Assembly (NCBI GenBank): GCA_964016885.1
Contig: OZ024741.1
Coordinates: 172,484,001-172,548,000, forward strand
DNA from: Eledone cirrhosa
Taxonomy: Eukaryota
DNA: 64,000 bases
Direction of reading: 5' to 3'
Positions 1 to 14,044 of the stretch are shown one piece after another; within the stretch, counting starts at the first letter, position 1; the number at the start of each line of letters is the position of its first letter. The notes below the pieces were generated by a model, which saw only the letters and a list, made by a program, of their open reading frames with translations, was not told the origin of the DNA and did no database searches. Position numbers and translations under genes: made by a program.

Positions 1-1006
1 AATTTAATTTATTATCCCATATTTTGAATTCACGTCATGTCAGGGTAACCGAAAATGAATTACAATATAAATCAATTTCAATCTAAATTATATTACTGTG
101 CAATTGCACGCACTGTGTTTCCATAGGTGTATAGAAGAAATAATAAGTATAAAATTGGTAAAAATAAAATTAATAAACCTAAAATCGATAAACATAAAAT
201 TAAAAATTGATAAATGAAAAATAAAAGCAAAGTAAATACAGCAATGAAACAATGTAATAACTTAAACTAAATTAGGGCCATGTAAATATACAAGAAGTAA
301 AACAATATTAGAGAGTACTTTTAATGATAGAGATAGAATTAATAAAGGTTAGCAAAAGTTCAGGAATAGAAGAAAAAAAGGAAATGAATGCTGATAGAAT
401 GGCAGTCATTGGCAACAATAGAGTTGCAGTCCGAGGTACCCGCCCTGTAGGTGATTCGCATATTGGCTATAATGCAATGTTTGCACTTAATAGTGAGTGA
501 TGGAGTAAGAGAAGGTTTGTTAAACGGGACAAAATATTAAATCAAACTGCAACTTAAGTAGAGTAGGAATACGTATGTCGATATAATGAATATGTCAGAT
601 AGAGTCAATAAGATGATTAATAATACATTTCACACCTACCTGATTAAATATTACATTTAGCATAATTCAAACATTAATACAAGATTCTGATCAATGCAAC
701 AATGAACATTTGAAATATAACGCCTTTTGAATAATATTATAGAATTATGCTTACATAATAAAAAAAAAACACAGAATTTAATCAAGCCCCATGTATTCAT
801 TCAGTTCATTTGGGATGCATGTGTGCAAAATATATGATTATTTAATTAAATTTTAATAATTGAAATGTCATACTTTGCCTTGTTTGGCAAGATTGTTGAT
901 AGTTACAAAAATATAAATATTGCCTCAAGATAAATGTCACCTCCTGGTTATTTTTTTAAGAAAAAAAGCAAAAGCGAAAAAAAGGATTCGTCGTTGACAT
1001 AAAAAT

Positions 1007-1054
<48 letters not shown>

Positions 1055-1198
1055 ATAGAGGTGTAAAACACGAGTTGTGATATATTGGTAAAAGGAAAAG
1101 AAAATGCTGACAAATTGTTCCCAGTGAAAAATAGTTTAATTAGGAATAAGTAAAAATTAGTAATAAGTATTGGTTAGTATTCAGTTTTAGTTTTAAGT

Positions 1199-1234
1199 TT
1201 TTACCGGTTTCGCATTTCTAATGCTTTTCAAAAA
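1199..1234 (-). ncRNA. Mirror copy of the Neptune hammerhead motif in the left inverted arm
   Basis: Reverse complement of 4371-4406. Confidence 0.7.
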
Positions 1235-1628
1235 TAATTTTGAGATAGAGCGCCCGTGATGTTTGCTCTAATCTGCTGATTAGTTTTGGAAATTCTACCT
1301 ATTTTATGTGAAAAAAGTGGCTCCAGAGGTATTAAAATAAGTTTCGCGACAATTCGTGTTGCAAAAATTCTTGTAGTCAAAACAATTTTGATTGGTCGGT
1401 AGAGGTCACGTGAATGTTAAAAATTGATTTTGCGCCAAATGTAGGTTTGTCGAAGAGTGTCCTTTTTCGCCTGATTGAGAAGCCACTGAAAAATAAGTCT
1501 TTTAAGACAAATATGTGTGTGTGTGTGTGTAGTAAAGAGGTTCATTGTTGTGATAATGGTCAGTAGGGATGTGTGTGTGAATTGCAGTCATGTTGAAAGG
1601 TCAACAGTTCAGGTGCCTATTAAGACAA

Positions 1629-1862
<234 letters not shown>

Positions 1863-2196
1863 CAGAGTAATTCGTGGTAGAGATATCGCTTAGTAGGAAT
1901 GTGTCTGTACGTGTGTGGGGGATATTTTAACATGTTGAAAGATATTTTTCAGCTCTTGTCTTATACGGAGAAGTGTGTGTGTGTGTGTGTGTGTGTGTAT
2001 GTCTCTTTGTATGTTAGTGTACGCGTGTGTATGTGTGTGTGTGTGTGTGTATGTGTATATGTGTGTATGTGTGTGTGGGGGGGGGGACCAGAATTTTTGT
2101 GATACTGGTAAAAATGGTGTACATTATTCGATATTTTCAGCAAAAACGATTCTCTCAAGAGAACATCAAAAACATTAATAATAAAAGGTGTGAAAT

Positions 2197-3149
2197 ACAG
2201 CCATCAACAACTCCCCTTCCTCGACATCCTTATTAAGATTCATAACAAAAAAAATAGAAACAGACATATACTACAAGCCCACAGACTCCAAGCAATATCT
2301 CCCTTTCAACTCTTGCCACCCGAGACACGTTAACATTAATATTCCCTACAACTTAGCCAAGAGAATCTGTACTATAGTTTCCAATAAAAACACCTGTTAC
2401 TTTCGGCTACAAGAACTAAAGGACACACTCATAGGCAGGGACTACCCTGCATCACTAATTGACAATGGAATCCAATGTGCCCTAAAACTCAGTACCCAGG
2501 ACCTTAGACACCCTAAAGTAAATCAACCGAAACTAAAAGCTCTTCCATACATCTCCACACACAACCCCCTCAACAATGAGGCATTTGACACCATCCTCCA
2601 GAACAGCCCTGTGTTAAAAAAGGACCATAGAATGAACCAAATCCTTCGAACACACGATATCATAAAGAGCAAAAGACAATCTAAGTCAATGAAAAACATC
2701 CTAACACATGCCAAATACTTCCAACAACAACAACGAAACCCACAGTAAAATAATGCGATAGATCCAACTGTGGCATATGCATCAACCTAATAGAGGGTTC
2801 GGAATTCTATTTCAAAGAAGGAAAACGTTTTATAGTAAATTACAATTTCACATGCGCATCAGAAAATCTAATATATCTATTAACTTGCTCAGGTTGTCGA
2901 GAACAATACATAGGCCAAACCAAAAACAGCCTCCGCCAACGCATGACTGTCCATGGATCCCAAATTAAAATACGGGAATACAGGAAAATACCACTGAGTG
3001 AACACATTGATACGTGTGCCGCCCAAAATCATCCCAACTTTAGAATCTTTCCCCTCTACAAATTTAAAGATAATGCCACCCACACCCAGCGCATCAGCAA
3101 GGAATCTCACTTTAACAAATATGGACCCCGTCTAAACACTTCTCCCTAA
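2197..3149 (+). pseudogene. 5'-truncated Penelope-like element (Neptune-type): RT C-terminus/thumb, Cys linker and GIY-YIG endonuclease, frameshifted
   Basis: Hand translation gives LPFLDILI..TDIYYKPTDSKQYLPFNSCHPRH..IPYNLAKRICTIVS, then CDRSNCGIC, then TCASENLIYLLTCSGCREQYIGQTKNSLRQRMTVH..PLSEHI..RISKESHF. The CxxxxCxxC linker is typical of Neptune. Confidence 0.88.
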
Positions 3150-3690
3150 CACGAACCCACAACATACACACGTCAACATACATACCTACATCAGCATACA
3201 TCCTACATACATCTCTATCCACATATAAACACAATAACATACGTAAACACACAGGTTCTATGGTGCAACACAAATATACACAGATTTGCATACCTTTTGA
3301 TGTCTATAGATATAAACGTGCCGACATACACACATACATATACGCACACATGCATTGCACACTGATGGGCACATACATATTTGTACACAAGTATTCCAAT
3401 ACGGCAGCGCCTAATGGATTCCTCTTGCAATACGTACAATCTGGACACTCACACACATCTTGGTGTCATGACAATACTATATATCATTTCACACCTTTTA
3501 TTATTAATGTTTTTGATGTTCTCTTGAGAGAATCGTTTTTGCTGAAAATATGGAATAATGTACACCATTTTTACAAGTATCACAAAAATACTGGTCCCCC
3601 CCCCCCCACACACACACATACACACATATACACACACACACGTATATACACACACACATACACACGCGTACACTAACATACAAAGAGACG

Positions 3691-3755
<65 letters not shown>

Positions 3756-3865
3756 CTCCGTATAAGACAAGAGCTGAAAAATATCTTTCAACATGTTAAA
3801 ATATCCCCCACACACGTACAGACACATTCCTACTAAGCGATACCTCTACCACGAATTACTCTGCT

Positions 3866-3963
<98 letters not shown>

Positions 3964-4370
3964 CACACACATATATTTGTCTTAATAGGCACCTGAACTG
4001 TTGACCTTTCAACATGACTGCAATTCACACACACGTCCCTACTGACCATTATCACAACAATGAACCTCTTTACTACACACACACACACACATATTTGTCT
4101 TAAAACACTTATTTTTCAGTGACTTCTCAATCGGGCGAAAAAGGACACTCTTCAACAAACCTACATTTGGCGCAAAATCAATTTTTAACATTCACGTGAC
4201 CTCTACCGACCAATCAAAATTGTTTTGACTACAAGAATTGTTGCAACACGAATTGTCGCGAAACTTATTTTAATACCTCTGGAGCCACTTTTTTCACATA
4301 AAATAGGTAGAATTTCCAAAACTAATCAGCAGATTAGAGCAAACATCATGGGCGCTCTATCTCAAAATTA

Positions 4371-4406
4371 TTTTTGAAAAGCATTAGAAATGCGAAACCG
4401 GTAAAA
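4371..4406 (+). ncRNA. Minimal type I hammerhead motif (U3-A8 core variant) in the Neptune 3' pLTR
   Basis: ttt TTGAAAA gcatt aga aatgc GAAA ccgg TA aaa. Palindromic stem III, only 3-bp stem I, followed by a tail ending at (TA)n at ~4557. Confidence 0.7.
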
Positions 4407-4550
4407 ACTTAAAACTAAAACTGAATACTAACCAATACTTATTACTAATTTTTACTTATTCCTAATTAAACTATTTTTCACTGGGAACAATTTGTCAGCA
4501 TTTTCTTTTCCTTTTACCAATATATCACAACTCGTGTTTTACACCTCTAT

Positions 4551-4583
<33 letters not shown>

Positions 4584-5935
4584 ATGTAATTTTTATGTCA
4601 ACGACGAATCCTTGTTTTCGCTTTTGCTTTTTTTCTTAAAAAAATAACCAGGAGGTGACATTTATCTTGAGGCAATATTTATATTTTTGTAACTATCAGC
4701 AATCTTGCCAAACAAGGCAAAGTATGACATTTCAATTATTAAAACTTAATTAAATAATCATATATTTTGCACACATGCATCCCAAATGAACTGAATGAAT
4801 GCATGGGGCTTGATTAAATTCTGTGTTTTTTTTTTTATTATGTAAGTATAATTCTATAATATTATTCAAAAGGCGTTATATTTCAAATGTTCATTGTTGC
4901 ATTGATCAGAATCTTGTATTAATGTTTGAATTATGCGAAATGTAATATTTAATCAGGTAGGTGTGAAATGTATTATTAATCATCTTATTGACTCTATCTG
5001 ACATATTCATTATATCGACATACGTATTCCTACTCTACTTAAGTTCCAGTTTGATTTAATATTTTGTCCCGTTTAACAAACCTTCTCTTACTCCATCACT
5101 CACTATTAAGTGCAAACATTGCATTATAGCCAATATGCGAATCACCTACAAGGCGGGTACCTCGGACTGCAACTCGATTGTTGCCAATGACTGCCATTCT
5201 ATAAGCATTCATTTCCTATTTTTCTTCTATTCCTGAACTTTTGCTAACCTTTATTAATTCTATCTCTATCATTAAAAGTACTCTCTAATATTGTATTACT
5301 TCTTGTATATTTACATGGCCCTAATATAGTTTAAGTTATTACATTGTTTCATTGCTGTATTTACTTTGCTTTTATTTTTCATTTATCAATTTTTAATTTT
5401 ATGTTTATCGATTTTAGGTTTATTAATTTTATGTTTACCAATTTTATACTTATTATTTTTTCTATACACCTATGGAAACACAGTGCGTGCAATTGCACAG
5501 TAATATAATTTAGATTGAAATTGATTTATATTGTAATTCATTTTCGGTTACCCTGACATGACGTGAATTCAAAATATGGGATAATAAATTAAATTTAACT
5601 AAGACTGAAACATTATTAGTTTGTTATAATTAGATATAAATTACAACTTACAACAAAAACTATCAATATCATTACTAAATTCAGTTACTCTTGTACAATT
5701 AATACAGCATAATAAATTGAGATACATGGGGCCAAGTCACAATGACCTCTTTTAATAAAAATTGTAGAACAGGTCAAAATAATACATTTTAGTAGGATTT
5801 AAGAAATGTAGGAATAAATATAATTCGACATAATGAGTATTAAAAGAATTGATACTGATAAGACCAACACAGCATTTCAGAATTAGCTCATTTGATTTTA
5901 TAATTTAAACAATAAGACATTATTAATGCAACAAG

Positions 5936-6590
5936 TGACGGTGGATTGGCAGTATCGGTAGAGGATCGGACACCATGCATTACAACATAGAGTTACGGCC
6001 CTTGCCATTCTGAATTCAAATCCCGTCGAGGTTAACTTTTCCTTTCATCCTTACGGGGTCGATAAAATAAAGTACCAGTAATGTACTGGGTAATTGCTGG
6101 CCTTGTGCCAAATGTAGAAACAAGTATTACCCTTAGGGCGGTGAATTGGCAGTATCGGTAGATGGTCGGACGCCAAGCCTTCCAGCATAGTTACATCCCT
6201 TTACGGTCTGAGTTCAAATCCCGTCGAGGTTAACTTTTCCTTTCATCCTTACGGGGTCGATAAAATAAAGTACCAGTCATGCACTGGGTAATTGCTGGCC
6301 TTTTGCCAAAAGTAGCAACAATTATTACCTTCTACGTTTTTAGTTAAATCCCCGCTGAGGTTAACTTTGCCTTTCAACCTTGCGGGGTCGATAAAATAAA
6401 GTACCAGTCATGCACTGGGTAATTGCTGGCCTTTTGCCAAAAGTAGCAACAATTATTACCTTCTACGTTTTTAGTTCAATTCCCGCTGAGGTTAACTTTG
6501 CCTTTCATCCTTACGGGGTCGATAAAATAAAGTACCAATAATGCACTGGGTAATTGATGGCCTTGTGCCAAAAGTAGAAACAATTATTAG
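5936..6590 (+). mobile_element. Tandem array of tRNA-derived SINE copies and 3' halves (octopus OR-like SINE)
   Basis: A-box-like TGGCAGTATCGG, B-box GTTCAAATCC and core CTTTCATCCTTACGGGGTCGATAAAATAAAGTACCAG repeated 4 times. Family name from recall. Confidence 0.85.
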
Positions 6591-7300
6591 GATTGATAGG
6601 TTTAGGATTAGTGGTGCTATTAGCATTCGGAATAGGGTTAGGATTAGTTTTAGGTGTAAAATTATTGCTAGGCTGAGTATTAGTTTCAGGTTATCATTAG
6701 GATTAAATGGTTTCAGGTTATCATTAGGATTAAATGTCGGTTTCGATACAGGTTAGATTAACTTAACCGTAACCCTTACACTAAACCTAAACTGAACGCT
6801 AATGCATTAACTAACGTAATCCTAACGCTAAACGTAGCTCTCGCAATGACCAACCTGGGCCATAACCCCAACCCTAACTCTTACCCCAAAAATTAATCCT
6901 AAACCTAGCCCTAACCCTAACGCTAACCCTAACTCTAGATCTAATCTTATCTCTAAACTTAACAATAACCTTAACTCTAGCTCGGAAAATTGCAATACCC
7001 AGGCACTGGCCATAAACATAACACTAGTCTAACCCTAAACCTAAAATTAACCCTAACAATAAATTTACCATAACCCGAACTCTAACCGAAAACTAAAGCT
7101 AAATTTAACGCTAACACTAAACATAACCCTAGACATAATCCTCTACTCTAACCATAACGTAACGCTAAGCTTAAGCCAATATTCTAATCCTAAACTTAAA
7201 CCTAACCTTAACACTAATGCTAACAAAAACCCTAACCGTAACCTAAACTTAATCCTAACCCTAACATTAATCCTAATCCTAACCCTAATTTTAACCCTAT
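6587..7300. repeat. Degenerate telomere-like hexamer array: TTAGGG-like 6587-6760, then CCCTAA-like 6761-7300
   Basis: ttagga/ttaggg/ttaggt variants followed by cctaac/ccctaa variants. Confidence 0.8.
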
Positions 7301-8904
7301 TCTTTGCCCAGAAGTTTGAGATCTTATCATCACTGGGTGTCCGAGAGTTACTTTTGGTTTTTATTGTTTTAGTAGCCTTTGGGTTACTTTTTTGCTGATG
7401 AGGCTACTTACGATTGCTCAGGCGGTGTTTAGTTTTCAACAGTCTCGTTCGATAGGGCTTTTTCTATATCCATAATTCCCTGCAGAATTCTTCTACTATT
7501 GGTATTGGTGCTACATTGATTTCTATTTTATGTTAAACTAGTTGTTCATAAAATCGTTTGAACGTGGTGTATAATTGTATGTTTCTTTTTCATGCCAAAT
7601 GATACTTTGCGATTCAGCAATATATTTTAGTACAAACGTTCTTTGATTTCATTGCTATATTCAATTTCTGTTATATTAATGACTCTTTGCTTTCTCAGTT
7701 GTGTCGTTTCATTGTTTATGTTATTAAACATTGAGATTTTTAATTCATATCTCGCTGATTTTCATCTATTTCTGCGATTTTATTGGTCAATATTCTGAAA
7801 ATACTGTAGAGTTCGGGTTTGTTTTGATATTTACTTTCTTGTGTACTTATCAGACATATGTTTGAGGTTCAAATGTTCAATATTGTTTTTGTTTTTTTTA
7901 TATTTTATTGATTTTTTATTAGATATTTTTTCTTTATATACACACTTTATTAACTGCTCGTTTTTTGATTATTTTTATTTTTTGGTTTTTACAAGTTTCC
8001 CTCTTATGTTAGTATATTTGTTAATGTCTAACGTTACGTTTAGATCTAGATTATTTCCCTTCCAAATCTTATACAAATACATTGCTGTTCTTTCGTTATG
8101 GATGTTAAGATTGACCGTAAATTATGCAAGTTTAACAGAAACGTATTCATCTCTATTCTATACACGTCTTTTCTCTTATATTTGAGAGCATTGACATATG
8201 TAGTCTGGCCCATTATGATCGTTTTAATTCTTGGGCACTGATTTATTTATTTATGATGATGTCCTATTTTGCACACACTATTTCCGTACTTTTTATACTC
8301 AGATCCAAAGCACGCATGAATTATATAGTTTTTATTTCTATTGCTTGCTTTCTTTTGAGAGCAATGGACTGAAGCACAATAGTGTCCATATTGATCATGC
8401 TCCTGTAGATTGTATATACGTAGGGTCGTTCCACACACAAGTATGAGTATTTGTAATATATTACTTATATGAGGTAAAAATCAATAAGTTTTACAGGCAT
8501 TATTTATATAGTCATTCTTCAAATTTTGTAATAGAAATGATGCTGATTTGATGACCGATTGCAGCTGAGATAATAAATTGTTGGAATAGTAATAAATTCG
8601 TGAGTATACGATTTGATTCGTTTTTGAACTGCTGTTAATTGAGATTTTGGAAGCAAGTAGCGTTCCCCGTGTTAACTATCTCCTCTTCGTAATTAACATT
8701 TATTGCGTTTCATTATGCTTGGTCACTCCTCGTACATGCTCATGTTAATCGTTATTCAAAGTTGTCTGTGTTTGTGTGTAAATGTATGTATGTATGTGTA
8801 ATAATTACTTGAAATACATAAATATGTACTCACTAAGATCGTTTCATTATAAATTGATTGTACTCAAAAGTTTGTGACATTTGTCTTAAATACTTAACTT
8901 TTTC

Positions 8905-9075
8905 AGTATTTAGTTACGACTTTCTACGTTCTGATTTCAAAACCGACCGAGGTCAACATTTCATCCATCGGGGATCGATGAAATAAGGTAGCAGTTAAGT
9001 TCTGGGATCAATAAAATCCACTTTATCCTTCTTTCAAATTGCTAGCCAATGTCAGAAAAACCTATTTAGAAACTT
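8905..9075 (+). mobile_element. Degenerate OR-like SINE
   Basis: ccgaggtcaacatttcatccatcggggatcgatgaaataaggtagcag resembles the SINE core. Confidence 0.7.
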
Positions 9076-9518
9076 ATTTTACACTAACCATCTCTAAGTC
9101 AGAAAATATATTTTTTTACGTGGTACATTTTGTTTTATTCGTCCAAAATGATTATTGTTTCTCATATGAAATTACTGCCGTAAATGCATATATACTTTGA
9201 ATGCAACAATCCCTTTCACGCGATAAAGCGTGTAATAGCTGTATATATTGAGAATGTTTGGGGGATTTTTCCGAATTCAAAAATTGATTTTGTGTTGTTT
9301 CGATTGTCACAAATGCTCACTGTTTCTTGTCTATGCACAAGATGATCATATAATATCAAGTTGGCGATTTTCGACCCTTGTAGCTGATTCATACAGTTGA
9401 ATAAGCTGCATTTGATAAGAATTGGAGTACTAGCCAACTCAATAAGTATTATATATGTCACTCTGCTATTAAAATTGATTAATTTCAGCAGCAAAATTTT
9501 ATTATTTATAACTTTAAA

Positions 9519-9583
<65 letters not shown>

Positions 9584-9633
9584 TTAAAACAATGAAATAA
9601 AAAGAATCAAGTCATTAGAGATATACTTCACTT

Positions 9634-9765
9634 CTTTACGATCGTTTCTAGGTGATGATAATACATTGTAGCTATATTCCGTTATTGATCTATGTAAGGT
9701 TAGTTACAAAATATCAGATAAAGAGAATATTTACTTACATGCATATCACCAGCTGTTTTCAAAAG
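9634..9765 (-). ncRNA. Hammerhead-like motif (U3-A8) with long stem II insert at the Naiad-1 3' end
   Basis: ctt TTGAAAA cagct ggtgat..(~90 nt)..atcacc ta GAAA cgatcg TA aag. The base of stem II is imperfect. Confidence 0.55.
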
Positions 9766-10970
9766 CAACAATAATTTTATTCAGAATTAGTAGTATGTTA
9801 GTATCATGTCCTTATTTGGAGATAGTTGAAGAACTAACGAATCAAATTGTTTTTTTCATATGGTGTTAAGATGAAAAGTAATACAATTTAGTTGAGGTCA
9901 TGACCCTTTGAAAGGAATGGTTGAATGGTGTTAATAGTAGAATTGGCATAAAAATCTATTAGGAGGAAAGGAATTGTCAAACTGATAGTTGAATGTATCT
10001 GGTATAGTAAAGTTTAAAAGTAATGTCAAAATAAATGGTGATTAGTGTTGTATTGAGTTTTTAGGTGAATATAAATTAAAGTTATGGCTAGGAAAGATAG
10101 TATATTAAAAGATGAAAATTATAATAAGATAATGAAATACAGTAATGCGATAATATACAACATAACCAACACAATATAGTACGGTGTGGTAAATTGCACC
10201 TAGTATAATACAGCATATGATACGCTCTAAAATACTATCAAGTATGTTTATGTATAAATAATCAAACTCAGATAAATACATGTTGGCATAGTTAAAACAC
10301 ATACATTTCATAGATTACAAAGTGCATATATCCACACTATATATAGAGAGGTACAGTTATATTGATATCCAACCAAAAATATACATACGCACTAGTAGAT
10401 CCAAACCTAAATACACATTTACACATGTGCACATAATCATATACACACATATCCATACATATCTATATCTACACATACACACCTATACCCACATATATAC
10501 ATATATATATATACATATATACACACATATAAACATATACATATTTACATATATATATGTGTGTGTGTGTGTATGTACACTCCTCATACATGTACACACA
10601 CACTCATATATAAACACTCATACACATATACTCACATATACACACGCACACAAACACACATATATACACACACACCCATACATATACATACACACACATA
10701 TACATATATACACGTACATAAATATATATATACACACACATAAATATATTTCCATATCATACATAGATATATATTTACTCATGCAATTACGGGTGGTTGT
10801 GTACCTTGTTGCCTTTAGTCATTAACGCATAAACCTAAGGAAGCTAAAACATTAAAAGGTAAAAAATAAGCATGAATGCATATAATTAGGGGAAAGGGGT
10901 ACTAATAAATGTTACTCTATATAGAATTATAGTGAGTTGCTATTTAGAATATTTAATTAGGTTTATAGTA

Positions 10971-12651
10971 TTAAAATGTTCTTCGTATACGGTGATTACA
11001 AACTATGATCAGTTCCTGCCTTTTATTTAATAAATCGTCTTTAGATTTCGTAATTTCCAAGATCTCCCCTGAACATAATCTGCATTCCCTCCTGTTCCCA
11101 AGATATGGAGTTCTTTGTAGAATGGTGTTCCACGATAACTTGAAATATATTTTTTTTCTTTTTATAATTATTTACCGCTTCAGCTAAAGATGTGGTGTTA
11201 GCTAGTTTAGTATTGTTGAAACTACTAGAGTGTGCGTAAAATCTTTTCTTAAATGTTTTTGATGTAGATCCTATATATGTTTTGTTGGAGTCAGTAGTAG
11301 ACACAGTGCATTTATATATTACATTATTAATCAAACAGTTGCCATATAAGGGGCAAATGCTTCTATTTCTGCAATTACAGCCATACGTAAGATGATTGTT
11401 GGGGGTGCCTATACTATTCTCATTAATCCTTGAGCTATTCCTATTGTAATTAATGTTAGCAGGAGAATGAAGGTTGCTTTGTGGGTGGTTTGGTGCTTGG
11501 GTTGTTTTGTGATTTTGTGTTCTGTTGTTTTTGTATTGGTGATTTGGGTGGTTGTGTTTTCTGGGTTGAAGGATTGTATTATTTGCCTTTTTAAAAAGTG
11601 CAGTCCTATTTAAATTATATTGCGGTGGTGCAGTCATATAATTTTTAAGTTTATAAATGTTGTAGTTGCTTATTTTTTGCTGGAGATTGTTTGATGTAGA
11701 GTATGAGAATTTAACAGTATATTTGTTAAATATTTGGTGGTATCTGTGGTTTGGTGGAAAATGTTTATATAGAATTTCGAAGAATTTTTGGAGGATTTGT
11801 CCAATAGTTTGCAGGTTGAAGGGTGCGTTGTACCATGTTATGTTTCTTTTGCGATTTTTAGTTAAGTTCTTATTACCACTTATATTATTGTGTTGTGTTC
11901 TAGAAGAATTCCTATGGTTAATATCCTTATTTGTGGAATTTTGTAAATTGCAGTGGTTGTATTTGGCGTTATTATTGGGTAGATTATGAGATTTTGAGTG
12001 CTTGGTATTCATATGTGGTTTGATAACATTGGTCATAGATCGTGTAGTAATAGTTGTGGTTTTTTGGTTGTTTGGTGTAATAGGAATAACCACTTTAGGT
12101 ATTTGTTTCAATGGTATTTTTTGGTGTTTGTAGTTTTTGCTAGGCTTTATATTTTGGTCCATAGTATTGTTGGGGATATATGAGATTTTTTCTTTATATC
12201 CACTTCTAGTTAAGGCCTCGTTGTAGAAGGGTGCATTATTATAAAATATATCTTCATTGGAAGATAATTTAGAAAGTCTAAGAGATATGTTGTATACTAA
12301 GTTCTTGAGTATAGAGCCAGGGTGGTTAGATCGTGAATATACATAATGTAGATTCTGGTTGCGTTTGTGGTAAGGTTGATAAGAATTCGTAGAGAGGTCT
12401 AAGGTCACGTCAAGGAAATTAGCTACTTTTGAAGTTGTTTCAAAAGTGATGCTAAGGCTGTAATAGTCCTTGAGGAATTTTCTAATTTGTTTTTTGTTTT
12501 TCTCTATATTAGAATTGCTAAGATTGTTAGATAACAATAGACAATCATCCCGATAAAGACCACCTTTGAGATGGGGAAAGGAGTCATGAATATTATAGAG
12601 GAGAAATAGTCCAACGAGGTCTGTAAATTGAGCAGAGTCCATGGATCCCAT
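10971..12651 (-). pseudogene. Naiad RT + GIY-YIG ORF remnant (frameshift in an A-run near 11160; in-frame TAA upstream near 12698)
   Basis: ORF 11041..12651, plus the shifted frame YFKLSWNTILQRTPYLGNRRECRLCSGEILEI..LLNKRQELIIVCNHRIRRTF*. Confidence 0.88.
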
Positions 12652-12905
12652 CGTAATATCGAATAAGTTGTTATATGTGTTTCCTGTCCAGTATTCTTAT
12701 TGGAAGTTTAGTAAGGTTTTTCTAGCGTGAGTTATGATGTTGATTTCCTCAGTAGATAAATCCGATATATAAGTAGATATATATATAATGCACCGAAACT
12801 ATAGAGATTTCCCGAAGGTGACTGAAGAGAAGGGTTGTCCTGTTTTTACGCTTTTTTTCCTGTTGTCTTTGTCCTGTGCGACCCCGTTTATATATATATA
12901 TATAT

Positions 12906-13635
12906 AATATTCATGACTTCTTTCCCCATCTCAAAGGTGGTTTTTATCGGGATGATTGTCTATTGTTATCTAACAATCCTAGCAATTCCAATATAGAGAA
13001 ATACAAAAAACAAATTAGAAAATTCCTCAAGGACTATTACAGCCTTAGCATCACTTTTGAAAACACTTCAAAGGTAGCTAATTTCCTTGACGTGACCTTA
13101 GACCTCTCTACGAATTCTTATCAACCTTACCACAAACCCAACCAGAATCTACATTATGTATATTCACGATCTAACCACCCTGGCTCTATACACAAGAACT
13201 TAGTATACAACATATCTCTTAGACTTTCTAAATTATCTTCCAATGAAGATATATTTTATAATAATGCACCCTTCTACAACGAGGCCTTAACTAGAAGTGG
13301 ATATAAAGAAAAAATCTCATATATCCCCAACAATACTATGGACCAAAATATAAAGCCTAGCAAAAACTACAAACACCAAAAAATACCATTGAAACAAATA
13401 TCTAAAGTGGTTATTCCTATTACACCAAACAACCGAAAAACCACAACTATTACTACACGATCTATGACCAATGTTATCAAACCACATATGAATACCAAGC
13501 ACTCAAAATCTCATAATCTACCCAATAATAACACCAAATACAACCACTGCAATTTACAAAATTCCACAAATAAGGATATTAACCATAGGAATTCTTCTAG
13601 AACACAACACAATAATATAAGTGGTAATAAGAACT

Positions 13636-13640
<5 letters not shown>
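12906..13640 (+). mobile_element. Inverted duplicate of part of the Naiad-1 ORF (mirror of ~11865-12598), flanked by (TA)n
   Basis: ORF 12876..13706 is nearly identical to the corresponding segment of ORF 11041..12651. Confidence 0.93.
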
Positions 13641-13710
<70 letters not shown>

Positions 13711-13962
13711 CATGTGTATGTATCAGTTTAAAAAAGTTAAAATCTGTCATAAGGCCGAAGTTCGCTAGGCAAGTTCTTGTTCAGATTTCAGAGATATTGA
13801 ACAACAGAGAGTACGAAACAGAGTTAACACGTTTAATACTAAATATCCAATTCACGTAAACGCATTAAGTGCTGAAAAGTATTTTTCCTACAGTCATTGA
13901 TATTACTAATCAACTGACACTATACACATACATACACGCATATAGATATATGTGTGCATGTG

Positions 13963-14044
<82 letters not shown>

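Larger units (their letters stand above)
9581..12765 (-). mobile_element. 5'-truncated Naiad-type Penelope-like element 1 with long 3' UTR ending at (TA)n
   Basis: RT motifs FDITMGSMDSAQFTDLVG, LYRDD, NFLDVTLDL, SNHP, WYNAPF. Zn linker CNCRNRSICPLYGNCL and GIY-YIG VIYKC..YIGST..FKKRF. The 3' end abuts (TA)n 9520-9580. Confidence 0.92.

Noticed and set aside
5936-6590. CRISPR-like or tRNA gene array
   Set aside because: Units are whole SINE segments without unique spacers, there is no full cloverleaf, and the context is eukaryotic.
7390-7450. CTGATGAG as a hammerhead core
   Set aside because: No stem II closed by GAAA downstream.
8830-8910. Possible minus-strand hammerhead (GAAA cgatct TA)
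   Set aside because: The 5' core and stems are too degenerate to support.
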